From a virus, in the IMG/VR virus record IMGVR_UViG_3300038299_000097, positions 1 to 64,000 of that record: DNA of 64,000 nucleotides. One strand, given 5' to 3'. Below, piece after piece: positions 10,167 through 20,316 of the stretch. The notes beneath the pieces are model-generated. The model was not told the DNA's origin. It did no database searches and was given only the letters and a program-made list of their open reading frames with translations. Every line of letters starts with the position of its first letter. Position 1 is the first letter of the stretch. A program made the translations under genes and the position numbers.

Positions 10167-10457
10167 ATGGGTATATTTGATCAACATGATAAGGAGAGAA
10201 ATTCATTAGAGAAAATTTGTGATGAGGAGAATAACCACAATTTACTGGCGATAGTATCGATGGTATCTATGATTAATAAGAAATTCTATAGCCCCGTGGT
10301 ATTCTTAATAGAATACATTAGTAATAAAAATTTACAGAAAATGGTTGAACAAGTCACAGGTTATGCTTATTATGGGTTTATCGTTATGTACCTAAAGAAC
10401 TTTCCTAATGTGGCAAAGTCTAGGAAGTTGAAAAGAATAATTGAGGATGCTAAATAA
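10167..10457 (+). CDS. hypothetical protein
   Basis: Start moved to ATG 10167, after TTGACA-N16-TAAGTA-N5. Confidence 0.6.
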   Translation: MGIFDQHDKERNSLEKICDEENNHNLLAIVSMVSMINKKFYSPVVFLIEYISNKNLQKMVEQVTGYAYYGFIVMYLKNFPNVAKSRKLKRIIEDAK

Positions 10458-11124
10458 TAAAAACAATATAGAGGATGAAACCCCTAACATAGTTAAGGTG
10501 GTGTATAATGACCACCTAGCGTTCACAAGAGGTTTTCATAGAAAACCTTTCAGAATTAAGAAGAACTTCAAAGGGTTCACAGAGGATTCACGATATAGGC
10601 ACTACATGCAATTGGCACTGTGGTTCGATAAACACCCAGAGATCAATCGTAAGATGTACTTTGAGGCTACTCTATACTTCAACCGTGGTGTGGGTATTAT
10701 ACCTATTAGTACTTATTGTCACCCTAAGAGCTTGACTTATTATACAAAATATATTAAAGTCATTAACTGCTTAGATTTGGACGATCCGAAATCACTAGAA
10801 AGGTGTATCAGTGGATTCAAATTTATAAGGAATTTCTGTCGTGAAAACGACATTAAAGTGGCTGAATATGCCAATTACCTCGTAAGAGGTAATGCCACAT
10901 ATTCATCCATTATGCACGTCAAACGGGGCGATGTATGCATTTACAGTTTATTTGCATTTCATGGCTTTAGAGACGTACTAAAATCCCTATATAAAGATAG
11001 GGATGTTTGGGACTTTTACATAGGTGACACCACACCTCTGTTTTTAACACAGAGGTGGTTGAACTCGGTAAAATACCAGACACTCGCAACAAAAGCAAGA
11101 ACACAAATACAATTAACAAAATAA
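10447..11124 (+). CDS. basic helical protein, possible helicase loader (gp59-like) by position
   Basis: Size, basicity and position immediately before the gp32-like gene match the T4 59-32 order; no decisive motif. Confidence 0.4.
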   Translation: MLNNKNNIEDETPNIVKVVYNDHLAFTRGFHRKPFRIKKNFKGFTEDSRYRHYMQLALWFDKHPEINRKMYFEATLYFNRGVGIIPISTYCHPKSLTYYTKYIKVINCLDLDDPKSLERCISGFKFIRNFCRENDIKVAEYANYLVRGNATYSSIMHVKRGDVCIYSLFAFHGFRDVLKSLYKDRDVWDFYIGDTTPLFLTQRWLNSVKYQTLATKARTQIQLTK

Positions 11125-11128
11125 TTAT

Positions 11129-12118
11129 ATGTCAGACGAAACACTAGACCTATTCGCATTAGCGGATACACAAACAGAGCAGTTAGAGGTAAATAATGCA
11201 CAAACATCCACGACTAAACGTGATCCACGCATTCTTAATCTTACAGTTAAAACTAACGAAGAGCGTACAATTTATTTCCGTATGTTCCCAGATTTTACTG
11301 ACCGTGAGAAACCTTCTTATTACCTTCCATACAAGATCTACTCGTTCAAATCTCCGATTACGAACAAGCGACAGTATGCAGGAGTTTCACCATCCGTTCA
11401 TGGTGGGGAAGATTACTGGAGAAAGCGTCAAGGGGAACTCTTCGAGTCTGGTAACAAGGACGTAGCTAAACTCATGTACCCCACCGATAAGCGTTATGTC
11501 AACGTGTATGTCATTAAAGATACACTCCATCCCGAAAATGATGGTGAGTTCAAAGTGATGAACTACGGTGCAAAGCCCGTAGATCCCAACAGAGCACGTT
11601 CGGGTTCACCTATGATGAAATGTCTTACAAATGTTCTGGAAGATGAGGATAACGACATTACTCGTCGAAATCTTTATTCTCTAGGGAAAGATGGTGTTAC
11701 ACTTAAGATGACCATGAAAGGACCAAACTCGGATGCGGGGTTTGTGGATATTGAGGTACATGCATTTGATATTGGTAAAAAGGTACAAGGCTTTGAAGCC
11801 CTACCAGCCAAACAACAAATGACTGCTTATACTGAAATAGCCGCTAACCTTTTCGATCTACTGGATGAGGTGAAAACGGAAGAAGTACTTGAGGGTATTA
11901 TTCAAAAGTATCTACTTGGTTCTAACGGTGCCACTAATGAAACCTCTGCACCTCAACAAGCTGCCACAAATTATTTCAATGCTGATGAGGGAGGGGATGT
12001 CGATGACGACATCCCAGATCTACCATCAACTGGGAAAATCGATGCAGCCGCTGATGCCAAAACAGGTACACCTACTACTGGTAATGAGGATCTCGACGAT
12101 CTTCTAAAAAGTATGTAG
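11129..12118 (+). CDS. single-stranded DNA-binding protein (T4 gp32-like)
   Basis: D.R, FR.FP, YVNVYVIKD..HPENDG..KV..YG motifs; acidic tail EDLDDLLKSM. Confidence 0.85.
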   Translation: MSDETLDLFALADTQTEQLEVNNAQTSTTKRDPRILNLTVKTNEERTIYFRMFPDFTDREKPSYYLPYKIYSFKSPITNKRQYAGVSPSVHGGEDYWRKRQGELFESGNKDVAKLMYPTDKRYVNVYVIKDTLHPENDGEFKVMNYGAKPVDPNRARSGSPMMKCLTNVLEDEDNDITRRNLYSLGKDGVTLKMTMKGPNSDAGFVDIEVHAFDIGKKVQGFEALPAKQQMTAYTEIAANLFDLLDEVKTEEVLEGIIQKYLLGSNGATNETSAPQQAATNYFNADEGGDVDDDIPDLPSTGKIDAAADAKTGTPTTGNEDLDDLLKSM

Positions 12119-12135
12119 ATCTAAAAGGTTTTTTT

Positions 12136-12167
12136 AAAACGCACGGTTGACACCGTGCGTTTTTTTT
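12136..12167 (+). terminator. intrinsic terminator whose loop is the TTGACA of the next promoter
   Basis: AAAACGCACGG-TTGACA-CCGTGCGTTTT followed by a T run. Confidence 0.8.
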
Positions 12168-12179
12168 GTAATTACCCAT

Positions 12180-12740
12180 ATGACTGATGAACAAAAGGAG
12201 TTACAGAATATAGCTCAACAATCTATGACACCTACCCCACAGGAAACACCACCTGTCGATATGGAGGCTTTTAATCTATTGGCGGGTGCTACCAATATGG
12301 AGACTCAAAATATTAACCAGTCACACTCCGAGGGTAATAGGGAATCTATGATCACACCTATACAGAGTTCTAATGGAATTGGTGGTTATAACCCCCAGAA
12401 CCCTCTAGAAGATCCAGCAGTTATGGAAGCAGTTATGAGACAGGAGATGGATAAGGCACAGAGAGAGGTCGGTTCTAATATCCAACCTAATATCCAACCT
12501 AATATTCAACAAGGGTTCAATAACCAACCAATGTATCAACAGCCACCTATGATGCCACAACAGCCTGTATATCAACAACAACAGCCACAACCACCTGTAC
12601 AATATGGTGAAGGGGTGGTATTTCCACCAAATTTACAGAACATTATACTTTCGAAGATTGTTGCAATTGAAAAAACCTATGCTAAGATTGTAGAACAACA
12701 GAAAGATATTCTGAAACAATTGAAAAGTAATGGAAGTTAA
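12180..12740 (+). CDS. Gln/Pro-rich hypothetical protein with a C-terminal coiled coil
   Basis: Start ATG 12180 after TAATTA-N5; NIQP repeats. Confidence 0.65.
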   Translation: MTDEQKELQNIAQQSMTPTPQETPPVDMEAFNLLAGATNMETQNINQSHSEGNRESMITPIQSSNGIGGYNPQNPLEDPAVMEAVMRQEMDKAQREVGSNIQPNIQPNIQQGFNNQPMYQQPPMMPQQPVYQQQQPQPPVQYGEGVVFPPNLQNIILSKIVAIEKTYAKIVEQQKDILKQLKSNGS

Positions 12741-13482
12741 AAAGACATTCACCGTAAATAAAGAAGAGTTCCAGAAGAACTTTCTAGAGCCGATAAATAA
12801 ATTCAAAGCAGGTTCAGAGTTCCTACCGCTATATTATCTTGATGGTAAGATAGTGGTATTTTGTGCCCATAGAGCTAAGGAGAGTAAAGCAACAATAGGT
12901 CTATATATAGAGTTTGAACCAGAGTCCTGCAACCTTGAAGAGGGTGATGTTTTTTATGTGAGAGACCCCGCCAAAATTCAGAAGACTATGGCTCTATTGG
13001 ATGGTGACCGATTAGTCATCCGAGTGACAAAGAGTCAGATCATTGCAGATGGGGATACAAGATCTACTAAATATCGTTTATATGATTCAATACTAGCATC
13101 CAAAGATAAATCATTCTGGAAACCTACCAGATTCGCCACAATCCGTAGTATAATGGGTGATGGTGTAAAGCTGGATAAGAGTACTATTGAGACTATTCAG
13201 AAGGCTAGTGCGTCCATTACTGACGATTTAGCACACATTGAGTATGATGAAGACACCGACGAGAATTACATCATCATTGGTGATCAAGATCGTGATTGCT
13301 TCAAACTCCAAATCCCTCATTATGAAGGATTCTCTAAATTCTCTAAATTCTCTAAATTCCTTTTTAATGTCATCGGGCGTAATGATGTAAACTTTTCAGA
13401 GACAACCAACCACAAGATGATGACATTAACAGATAAATCTGAACTCACCACAAAATACTGCTTCGTAGCAAAGTTTGATTAA
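12730..13482 (+). CDS. probable sliding clamp (gp45-like)
   Basis: 250 aa with a two-domain alpha/beta pattern in the replication cluster; a clamp loader is present at 53063. Confidence 0.5.
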   Translation: MEVKKTFTVNKEEFQKNFLEPINKFKAGSEFLPLYYLDGKIVVFCAHRAKESKATIGLYIEFEPESCNLEEGDVFYVRDPAKIQKTMALLDGDRLVIRVTKSQIIADGDTRSTKYRLYDSILASKDKSFWKPTRFATIRSIMGDGVKLDKSTIETIQKASASITDDLAHIEYDEDTDENYIIIGDQDRDCFKLQIPHYEGFSKFSKFSKFLFNVIGRNDVNFSETTNHKMMTLTDKSELTTKYCFVAKFD

Positions 13483-13973
13483 TGGCTAAAATTACAACCA
13501 ACATAACAAAGGCTTCATATATGCTTAAGAGGCTTAGAGATTGTGGATATAAGGCTGATAAGATTATCGGTGCTACAGACCCCGTGTCCCTAGATAAGGA
13601 TCTGGGTAGGTTTATACATAAATTATTCCCAGACGGTAAGAACTTTGGAAATGTTGAAATTTGTGAGACCTTTAAGACGTTCAAAACCGAGTTTATAAGG
13701 TTCACAAACACCTGTCCTAACTACACAGATAGAGATTCCAGAGTGTGGACTATTCTCATAGACGGAGGTCGTGACAACGTGTTCTTGACGTTCTATAGGA
13801 ATTATAAGGATGTTGAGGAAGAGTTCGAGCAAATGGGTAATGACTACTTTGAAATATATGACGGAGGTCAATATGTTAAACCGCTACGCAAACGGTTGAG
13901 TACTCAGAGTATGGAGGTTATCATACAAGAGCTTAATGATATGGGCATAACTAAGAAGTTTAGTGATAAATAA
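13482..13973 (+). CDS. hypothetical protein
   Basis: Translationally coupled ORF. Confidence 0.65.
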   Translation: MAKITTNITKASYMLKRLRDCGYKADKIIGATDPVSLDKDLGRFIHKLFPDGKNFGNVEICETFKTFKTEFIRFTNTCPNYTDRDSRVWTILIDGGRDNVFLTFYRNYKDVEEEFEQMGNDYFEIYDGGQYVKPLRKRLSTQSMEVIIQELNDMGITKKFSDK

Positions 13974-13974
13974 T

Positions 13975-14382
13975 ATGGGTCAAAAAAATGAACCAGATGG
14001 TGGTATTGAGAAAAATATATTGGATAGCCTAAATCTGAATGATGAACAACGTGAGGGTGCAACTAAGTTTATGGTTGCAATGAGTGGTTTATGGGATATC
14101 GATAAAATCGAAGTAACTGATGAAGACGACCATATACCAACCAATACAACCAAACCTTTGGACGAACCCCAGATGAATTCTTTAATGAATGTAATGGATG
14201 AATTCCTTAACTCTTATATATTGGTGGGCTATGACTTGGGTGGTAATAGGGTAAATAGTTTTTCGTTCCCGTCTGAGATGTCAGCCGATGCAGGGCTGAC
14301 AAATTTAATAGCATCTGTGAAAACATGTGAGTCTATGGTAAGAGAGGGCATTTTATCTAATAAAGGAAACGATTATGAGTGA
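13975..14382 (+). CDS. hypothetical protein
   Basis: ORF track; start moved to the ATG after the upstream stop. Confidence 0.6.
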   Translation: MGQKNEPDGGIEKNILDSLNLNDEQREGATKFMVAMSGLWDIDKIEVTDEDDHIPTNTTKPLDEPQMNSLMNVMDEFLNSYILVGYDLGGNRVNSFSFPSEMSADAGLTNLIASVKTCESMVREGILSNKGNDYE

Positions 14383-14569
14383 TACCGATAAAAAAATATT
14401 CGCAATAAAGGAGACAGAGTTAAAAGACATTCTACAAATTCTATCGGGTCTCCCTTATAAAGATGTACATTTACCGATGCTCATCCTAGAGCAACTACCT
14501 GTTATATCAGAGGGGTGTAATTTAACACCACATGGTGAATCTATGGAATTAATTATGGAATCGCCCTAA
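14375..14569 (+). CDS. hypothetical protein
   Basis: Overlapping 64-aa ORF. Confidence 0.55.
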   Translation: MSDTDKKIFAIKETELKDILQILSGLPYKDVHLPMLILEQLPVISEGCNLTPHGESMELIMESP

Positions 14570-14578
14570 TTAATAGGG

Positions 14579-15196
14579 ATGTCTACAGAACTACCAGATT
14601 GCGACGAACCCGAAAACAATATAACAGATAATACATATGGTGAAACACCAGATGTGAGTGGTCTTAATAGACTAGTAGATGACAATTTCTTAACAATTCT
14701 TAACCTCCCTAAATGTTTGGGTGGTTATGTTAAGGAAGTGTGCGGTGTAGCGGAAGAGGTTTCATTAAAGAATTTACAACTATCGGTAATGAACTTTACT
14801 ATACCTCCTATTAATATACCCACTCACAACACCAAATTTTTATCAGCTACTCGTAAAGAGAGTAGCAAGAGCCTGTCAGAGTATGAAGATATAACTATAA
14901 ACTTCAAACTTGATGATCAGCTCATCAATTATAACACATTGTATAAGTGGTTGAATATGTTGGTTGATACTAAGACTGGTACTATGTCTAGTAAGACTAA
15001 AATTGATTATGAGACTACTTATGATGTAGTAATACTTGACGAATATAGAAAACCCGCAGGTCTATATAAGTTCCATGGTGTTATACCAGTAGGTATCGGA
15101 TCTATACCACTAGATTATAAATCCACAGGAGAATCCATATTTTTAGACTTTACTTTCGCTTTTGACTTCCTTTCTTTCGAACTAGCCCCTAAATAA
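14579..15196 (+). CDS. tail completion/sheath stabiliser (T4 gp3-like, tail-tube fold)
   Basis: IP.I.I, Y..ITINFKLD..L.NY..LYKW, F.G..P..IG, FTF.F pattern; TAATTA upstream. Confidence 0.65.
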   Translation: MSTELPDCDEPENNITDNTYGETPDVSGLNRLVDDNFLTILNLPKCLGGYVKEVCGVAEEVSLKNLQLSVMNFTIPPINIPTHNTKFLSATRKESSKSLSEYEDITINFKLDDQLINYNTLYKWLNMLVDTKTGTMSSKTKIDYETTYDVVILDEYRKPAGLYKFHGVIPVGIGSIPLDYKSTGESIFLDFTFAFDFLSFELAPK

Positions 15197-15202
15197 ACTT
15201 AT

Positions 15203-15364
15203 ATGAACGATACAGAAATTAAGAAAGAAATCAGAAACTTCCTAAACCTTTCGACACAGGATGATCACGAGGCAACTGATAAGAGCCTTGAGGTTATAAT
15301 TAAAGCAAAGATTGATAATCGTTACAACGATGCATATGCTGATGTTGTGTCAGAGACTGAATAG
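15203..15364 (+). CDS. small helical protein (53 aa), possibly prohead core-like
   Basis: MNDTEIKKEIRNFLNLSTQDDHEATDKSLEVIIKAKIDNRYNDAYADVVSETE*, preceded by TAAATA. Confidence 0.45.
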   Translation: MNDTEIKKEIRNFLNLSTQDDHEATDKSLEVIIKAKIDNRYNDAYADVVSETE

Positions 15365-15366
15365 TC

Positions 15367-15906
15367 TTAAAATAATACACCCTCTATAGTTTCCACAATT
15401 TCCATATAGTTGTCCTCGTTGGCTTCTATAGGTAATTCGCGTAGAGTTATATCCATAGCAAATGGATTTACGTTAATAGCCCTTATTATAAGCCTTAACA
15501 TATCCATCTCCTCGATCTCGGTTAAACCTTCGATATCACCACCAAACTCTTCTAGTGTTTCATCAGATTCTTTAAAGATTCTCTCGGGGTGGTCTGATAA
15601 CACGTTCCTAACAGTTATTAATTTTTCCACCGCACTTAAATTATGAAATCTAGGCATCTTGATATATGCCCTAAACTCGTCACTAGGTTTGAACCTTAAT
15701 GAGTTTAGTAATACATTGGTCAAGTCTATAAGTTTGCTATCATCAGTGTCTACACCCTCCTCACCACTAAGAGCCGTATCTTGATCGGGTGTTAATAAAT
15801 CGACACCCTCATCACCTATAGGTGTTTCATCACCCGACAACCCATCTTCGGCTTCTAGTATAACTACGTTATCATATATTTCGGTGTAATATTCTTTAAA
15901 TGTCAT
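15367..15906 (-). CDS. acidic protein with a T4 internal-protein-like N-terminus (MTFKEYY...ILE)
   Basis: N-terminus resembles the T4 capsid-targeting sequence MKTYQEF. Confidence 0.6.
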   Translation of the reverse strand: MTFKEYYTEIYDNVVILEAEDGLSGDETPIGDEGVDLLTPDQDTALSGEEGVDTDDSKLIDLTNVLLNSLRFKPSDEFRAYIKMPRFHNLSAVEKLITVRNVLSDHPERIFKESDETLEEFGGDIEGLTEIEEMDMLRLIIRAINVNPFAMDITLRELPIEANEDNYMEIVETIEGVLF

Positions 15907-16259
15907 TATAGTAAATTACTGAGTTCATCGCTACCGTCAACCCCTTTGAGGAAATTTTTGAAATTTTGGTCTATATCATTTCGGAGTTTGATTGTTAAAT
16001 CGCCCCTATTATCACGGCTTTTAAGGGTGTTATAAACCTCTTTGATATTAAGTAGGTATGTATCATGGGTATCAACACCACGATTGTTAAGATCTGATAT
16101 AACTGCCTCTACAGCCGCTATACGAGCTTCATATGGGGCATTATGTGTGCTATACCCTACTACATCAGCAAGGTCTGCCCTAGATATCTTCTCGGTTGTA
16201 AGCTCTTCTCCGAAATACTCCCTAGAGAAAAGACCACAAGTTGTCCTAAAATCGTTCAT
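15906..16259 (-). CDS. hypothetical late protein
   Basis: Start moved to ATG 16259 (TAATTA-N5-ATG on the minus strand), which removes the overlap with groES. Confidence 0.65.
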   Translation of the reverse strand: MNDFRTTCGLFSREYFGEELTTEKISRADLADVVGYSTHNAPYEARIAAVEAVISDLNNRGVDTHDTYLLNIKEVYNTLKSRDNRGDLTIKLRNDIDQNFKNFLKGVDGSDELSNLL

Positions 16260-16308
16260 ATTAGTAATTATACTATTGACACCATAATTTTGTAAAATAA
16301 ATATTAAT

Positions 16309-16743
16309 ATGTCTGAAGATACATATACGAACCTAGAGGTTTCTACCCTAGAACAATGCCATTCAAATGAGTTAAAAACCACCGTGGGTGATTCGGTTGC
16401 TGATGATATCAATTACCAAATACCTACAGACGACTTCGATATTGTTGAAGTGTTTGATGATATACTCTTGGGTGAATTCCATATTGAAGGATTGAATGAC
16501 GAAGGGGAACGAATTTCTGAAGGGGGTATTCATCTCACAGATGATGCAAATGACGACGATAGCAACGCCCTTTATAGAGTATTAAAAGTTCAGATGGTTG
16601 GCGATAATGTAAAATTTACAAAGGTTGGTCAATATGTTGTTGTATCAAAGACTGCTGGTATGAAAGTTATAGATTTCAATGGTAGAGAGTGTGCAATGGT
16701 GAGGGAACCCAACGTGTTTATGCGTGTTGAGCCAAAAAAATAG
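16309..16743 (+). CDS. groES: GroES-like co-chaperonin (capsid assembly, gp31-like role)
   Basis: D.IL, SEGGIHL mobile loop, V..VG..V...KVG..V, and VRE..V..V. Confidence 0.8.
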   Translation: MSEDTYTNLEVSTLEQCHSNELKTTVGDSVADDINYQIPTDDFDIVEVFDDILLGEFHIEGLNDEGERISEGGIHLTDDANDDDSNALYRVLKVQMVGDNVKFTKVGQYVVVSKTAGMKVIDFNGRECAMVREPNVFMRVEPKK

Positions 16744-16806
16744 TAGTAGATACTTGATATACCAAATATGGTATGATATAATATTAATATATACATAAAA
16801 TAGCAC

Positions 16807-17544
16807 ATGATTATAGGAGTTACAGGAGCAACAAAGGTTGGTAAATCAACATTTATCACAGACTTTAAAAATAAATTCGGTAAATATATTTCACCGAAAG
16901 GTTCTTATAGGGATATTCCCGATCTGGATCTATATGAGAATGGAACTGAAGAGTCTCAACGACTTATAAGGGATTTCATGTTTAGACAAATTAAACAAAT
17001 ATGGAGTAAGAGGGACACAGTTAAACATGTTATCATGGACAGAACTCTATTAGATAACTTAGCATATACCCTTGTCCTATATGCCAAAGGTGTGATATCC
17101 GATGAGTTTTTAGTTGAGAGTTTTGGGATCACTAAGAAATCCATGGCTATGATGCACTTGGTGGACTTCATTCCAGTTACCGAACTTGATGAAATTCCAG
17201 TACCAGAAGATATAGATGAGGATTTCAGAATGTCTGTTGATACAATTCTTAAAACATTTTTTAATGCTTATGAGAATAGGGATGATTTAGCAGCCGATCT
17301 TCTCCCAGAAACAAAGTGTGCTGCAATTGATAAGATTTTCGGTACCCGAGAAGAGCGCGTAGCTATTGCTAGTGAGATTCTTGATGAGGATGGTAATGTA
17401 CAGGGCGGCTTTGATACAGATACCACACCAGAGTTATACGACCAAGACGGGCTTGGTGTATCAACCGAGAGAATTGCTAGTGAATTATCACTAGAGAACT
17501 TCGGGTTTACCGAAGAGGAAATACAAATTGAGAGATCCAAATAA
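16807..17544 (+). CDS. P-loop nucleotide kinase-like protein (NadR/Ttd14 AAA-type)
   Basis: IGVTGATKVGKST and DRTLLD.LAY motifs. Confidence 0.75.
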   Translation: MIIGVTGATKVGKSTFITDFKNKFGKYISPKGSYRDIPDLDLYENGTEESQRLIRDFMFRQIKQIWSKRDTVKHVIMDRTLLDNLAYTLVLYAKGVISDEFLVESFGITKKSMAMMHLVDFIPVTELDEIPVPEDIDEDFRMSVDTILKTFFNAYENRDDLAADLLPETKCAAIDKIFGTREERVAIASEILDEDGNVQGGFDTDTTPELYDQDGLGVSTERIASELSLENFGFTEEEIQIERSK

Positions 17545-18116
17545 TGAATAAATTAGCCAAACAACTTGAAGGGCTTGAAGGGTTCACGGAGATTGAACTC
17601 CGTGGTTATAAATCAACAAGCGGTGATGTAACAAATGTAATACTTGATGTAGATACGACATATGGACAGGCTAAGGCTATTGACCATGAGACTCTATTAG
17701 AGTATAAGGACATCGATGTGGTAAAGAATCTACAAGACGTATCAGAGGGTAATAAGGTCTCTTATGATGATCTATGGGTGAAGGCATACGATGCACTGGC
17801 TAAGGGGTTTCTCCCTAAGCCAGTGCCCGTAAGTGTACCCACTAAAGTTGTAGTACCACCAAAACGCCTTTGTAAGGGTATTGGGTTTGATGAAATTAAC
17901 GAAAAATGTTATATCAAAGGGTTTATCAAAGATAGGACAATTGTTAGTACCGATGACACCAAGGTTAAAAAGGTTAAAAAGACACAGGTGTTAACACATT
18001 TTAAAGATCATATGCGTGATAAGTTTATAACTTCCACATTTGCCACATATTCACCAGCTCTTGGTAGTGTATCAATTGAGGGTAAAACATTGATTATCGA
18101 CTGTAATGAAGACTGA
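17544..18116 (+). CDS. hypothetical protein
   Basis: Translationally coupled ORF. Confidence 0.65.
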   Translation: MNKLAKQLEGLEGFTEIELRGYKSTSGDVTNVILDVDTTYGQAKAIDHETLLEYKDIDVVKNLQDVSEGNKVSYDDLWVKAYDALAKGFLPKPVPVSVPTKVVVPPKRLCKGIGFDEINEKCYIKGFIKDRTIVSTDDTKVKKVKKTQVLTHFKDHMRDKFITSTFATYSPALGSVSIEGKTLIIDCNED

Positions 18117-18363
18117 TTATAAAAGAGTCCAAGAACTCGCCAAAATTTTTGAAGATTATTGGATTCCATTCGACATTGTACCACTTGATGTAGGTGGAAC
18201 TAATATGGTTGTTAATAAACTAACAGACCATAAATCAGGGTCTGTATATATCGAAAGGTTTGACCCAAGTGTTAATTCATTTACAGTGTATAAATTTGAT
18301 AAATTCAATGTACCTAAAGAGTGGCAAATTGAAGAAGATTCTGACGTTACAGTAACCGTCTAA
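18106..18363 (+). CDS. hypothetical protein
   Basis: Overlapping ORF. Confidence 0.6.
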   Translation: MKTDYKRVQELAKIFEDYWIPFDIVPLDVGGTNMVVNKLTDHKSGSVYIERFDPSVNSFTVYKFDKFNVPKEWQIEEDSDVTVTV

Positions 18364-18548
18364 CCACACGATTTACATTTAGAGCGTTTAGATCGTGGTC
18401 TGTTAGATTTTGGGGTGGTACCACGCCTAATACTCAATATTTGTGAGCGACTCTTGCAATATTTATCACAATAGTTATCCACACCTCTTCGAGTTTCGGG
18501 CACTTCTAAGGACTTACCACATTCTTTACATACAACGGTGATATTCAT
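18360..18548 (-). CDS. small basic zinc-finger protein
   Basis: CKECG...YCDKYC and terminal CKSCG; TAATTA-N5-ATG upstream. Confidence 0.65.
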   Translation of the reverse strand: MNITVVCKECGKSLEVPETRRGVDNYCDKYCKSRSQILSIRRGTTPKSNRPRSKRSKCKSCG

Positions 18549-18593
18549 AAACTTAATTATAGACTTATACCATATAGTTTATTAATTAAGTTT

Positions 18594-19376
18594 ATGTCTG
18601 ACATTAATTCTATTATAGCAGGTCTTAGTAAACTCAATGATGAGAATACTATCACTTTCAATTTACCCCTTTCAAAAATCGAGGTGACTCTTAAACCATT
18701 TCAATCTAAACACGGTAGTATGGTAAACAGTTCACTAGTTGCGGGTGCCGATGGTACCTATGGTCTTAAATTCATGCCCCTTATCAAGGATATTTTTGAT
18801 GATATTCTAACATTAGATGAAGGTAAAACTTATCATAATTTACCATTGGTTGATGTTCATTATATAATCCTAAAAATCAGGGAGACCTTCAACGATGAGG
18901 TTATTATTAATTACGGAACTGATGAACAGACCTCTGTTAATATTAAACATATCATTAGAGGTTTCAATGATCTTAAGATCGATGATAAACCGATAGTGGT
19001 AGGTGATGAAATTTGTTCAGTGGAGGTAGTACAACCATCATTTACAAAAACTTTAAAGTTTGACAATATTCTCATCGCATCGCACGAGAGGTTTTCAGAA
19101 AAAGAAAGTGAACAACTTGTTAAAGATGCTCTAGCATTTACAATGCTCAAATTTATAAAAAGTATTAAACTGGTTATTGATAACGAAGAACAAAGTGTTA
19201 CATTATCAGACTATAACCCAATGGAGCAGAAGAAGCTGCTTAATATGATACCAAACACTCTTTATAAGGATATCATGAACGCTGTAAAGGGTATAACTGA
19301 CCCTATGGAGGATCTGTTACGAATTGATGAGGAAACTGTAGTAGTTATAGATCAGAGTATCTTAGTAGACGTTTAA
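18594..19376 (+). CDS. baseplate hub subunit (T4 gp26-like)
   Basis: LPLS...V..KPF and L..VD..YI.LKIR pattern; TAATTA-N5-ATG upstream. Confidence 0.65.
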   Translation: MSDINSIIAGLSKLNDENTITFNLPLSKIEVTLKPFQSKHGSMVNSSLVAGADGTYGLKFMPLIKDIFDDILTLDEGKTYHNLPLVDVHYIILKIRETFNDEVIINYGTDEQTSVNIKHIIRGFNDLKIDDKPIVVGDEICSVEVVQPSFTKTLKFDNILIASHERFSEKESEQLVKDALAFTMLKFIKSIKLVIDNEEQSVTLSDYNPMEQKKLLNMIPNTLYKDIMNAVKGITDPMEDLLRIDEETVVVIDQSILVDV

Positions 19377-20311
19377 ACATACTTACCGTTGAGTTTGTTG
19401 GGTGATTGGTCAATGATTTGGTCACCCGACACACCATTAAACGAAAATATGGTCTCGTCGGATGCTGCAATAGACGCCCTAAGCTCCTCTATTTGTTCGT
19501 TACTGGGTCTGGTATATGTATAAGTTGTACCACTAAGCAAAACCATCTCACTAGGCGAAGTATCAGTAGTAGACCCATCCGTGTGTATGTGTCTATCTAC
19601 CCACACACCTTCACAAGCATCACCACTCAACCATGTATACATAGGTTGTGAGGAATTTTCTGGATACCACTTAATACTATCAGTAAATGAGGGACAGTCA
19701 CCTCCTAGGGCACCAAAGCAGTTGAAGTTTGGTATATTGTCACCAGATAAACCTTCCGAAAAATCGGGTATATTAAAATCAAATTCGGTTTGTGTTTTAT
19801 CAAAATATTGAATTTCTGTATTTGTCCTAAATAACAATTCGGGTTTGAGGTTATCAACACCACCAGACCCAAAATTAAATTGTGTATATATCCTATAACA
19901 TGGGGCGCATGTAGTTTGGTGTGTATCTGAAAAGTTATTTTTAAGTGGTAATACATTAGTTGATGCCACACATACACCGCTAATATTAGTATATGAATCC
20001 AGTGGTAGGGTTATCCAGTGGTTGCAACAAGATTCTTTAACATTGTCACAATCTATTCCGATATCTTTGTTAAACACCGCCAACTTGGAAGCAGACAGTC
20101 CTATAGACATATTACTCCTAACATCGGTTAGGAAGTTTACACTATCGAATGCTATAGCTATATCCTCAACAGCAGATAATTCATCTTGAAATTGGAAAAC
20201 CCCCTCATTAATATCCGTGGTAAAATCCCCATAAAACCCCCTATTCTCGTTTAAGTAAGTAAGTTTTATGGGATGTACGTTATACAATGATGGATGTAAA
20301 TTAGGGAACAT
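19373..20311 (-). CDS. putative virion structural protein ending in the first strands of a LamG-like domain
   Basis: Cys-rich and acidic; C-terminus FSFNGVSGDQIIDQSPNKLNG; TAATTA upstream. Confidence 0.5.
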   Translation of the reverse strand: MFPNLHPSLYNVHPIKLTYLNENRGFYGDFTTDINEGVFQFQDELSAVEDIAIAFDSVNFLTDVRSNMSIGLSASKLAVFNKDIGIDCDNVKESCCNHWITLPLDSYTNISGVCVASTNVLPLKNNFSDTHQTTCAPCYRIYTQFNFGSGGVDNLKPELLFRTNTEIQYFDKTQTEFDFNIPDFSEGLSGDNIPNFNCFGALGGDCPSFTDSIKWYPENSSQPMYTWLSGDACEGVWVDRHIHTDGSTTDTSPSEMVLLSGTTYTYTRPSNEQIEELRASIAASDETIFSFNGVSGDQIIDQSPNKLNGKYV

Positions 20312-20316
20312 TAATA

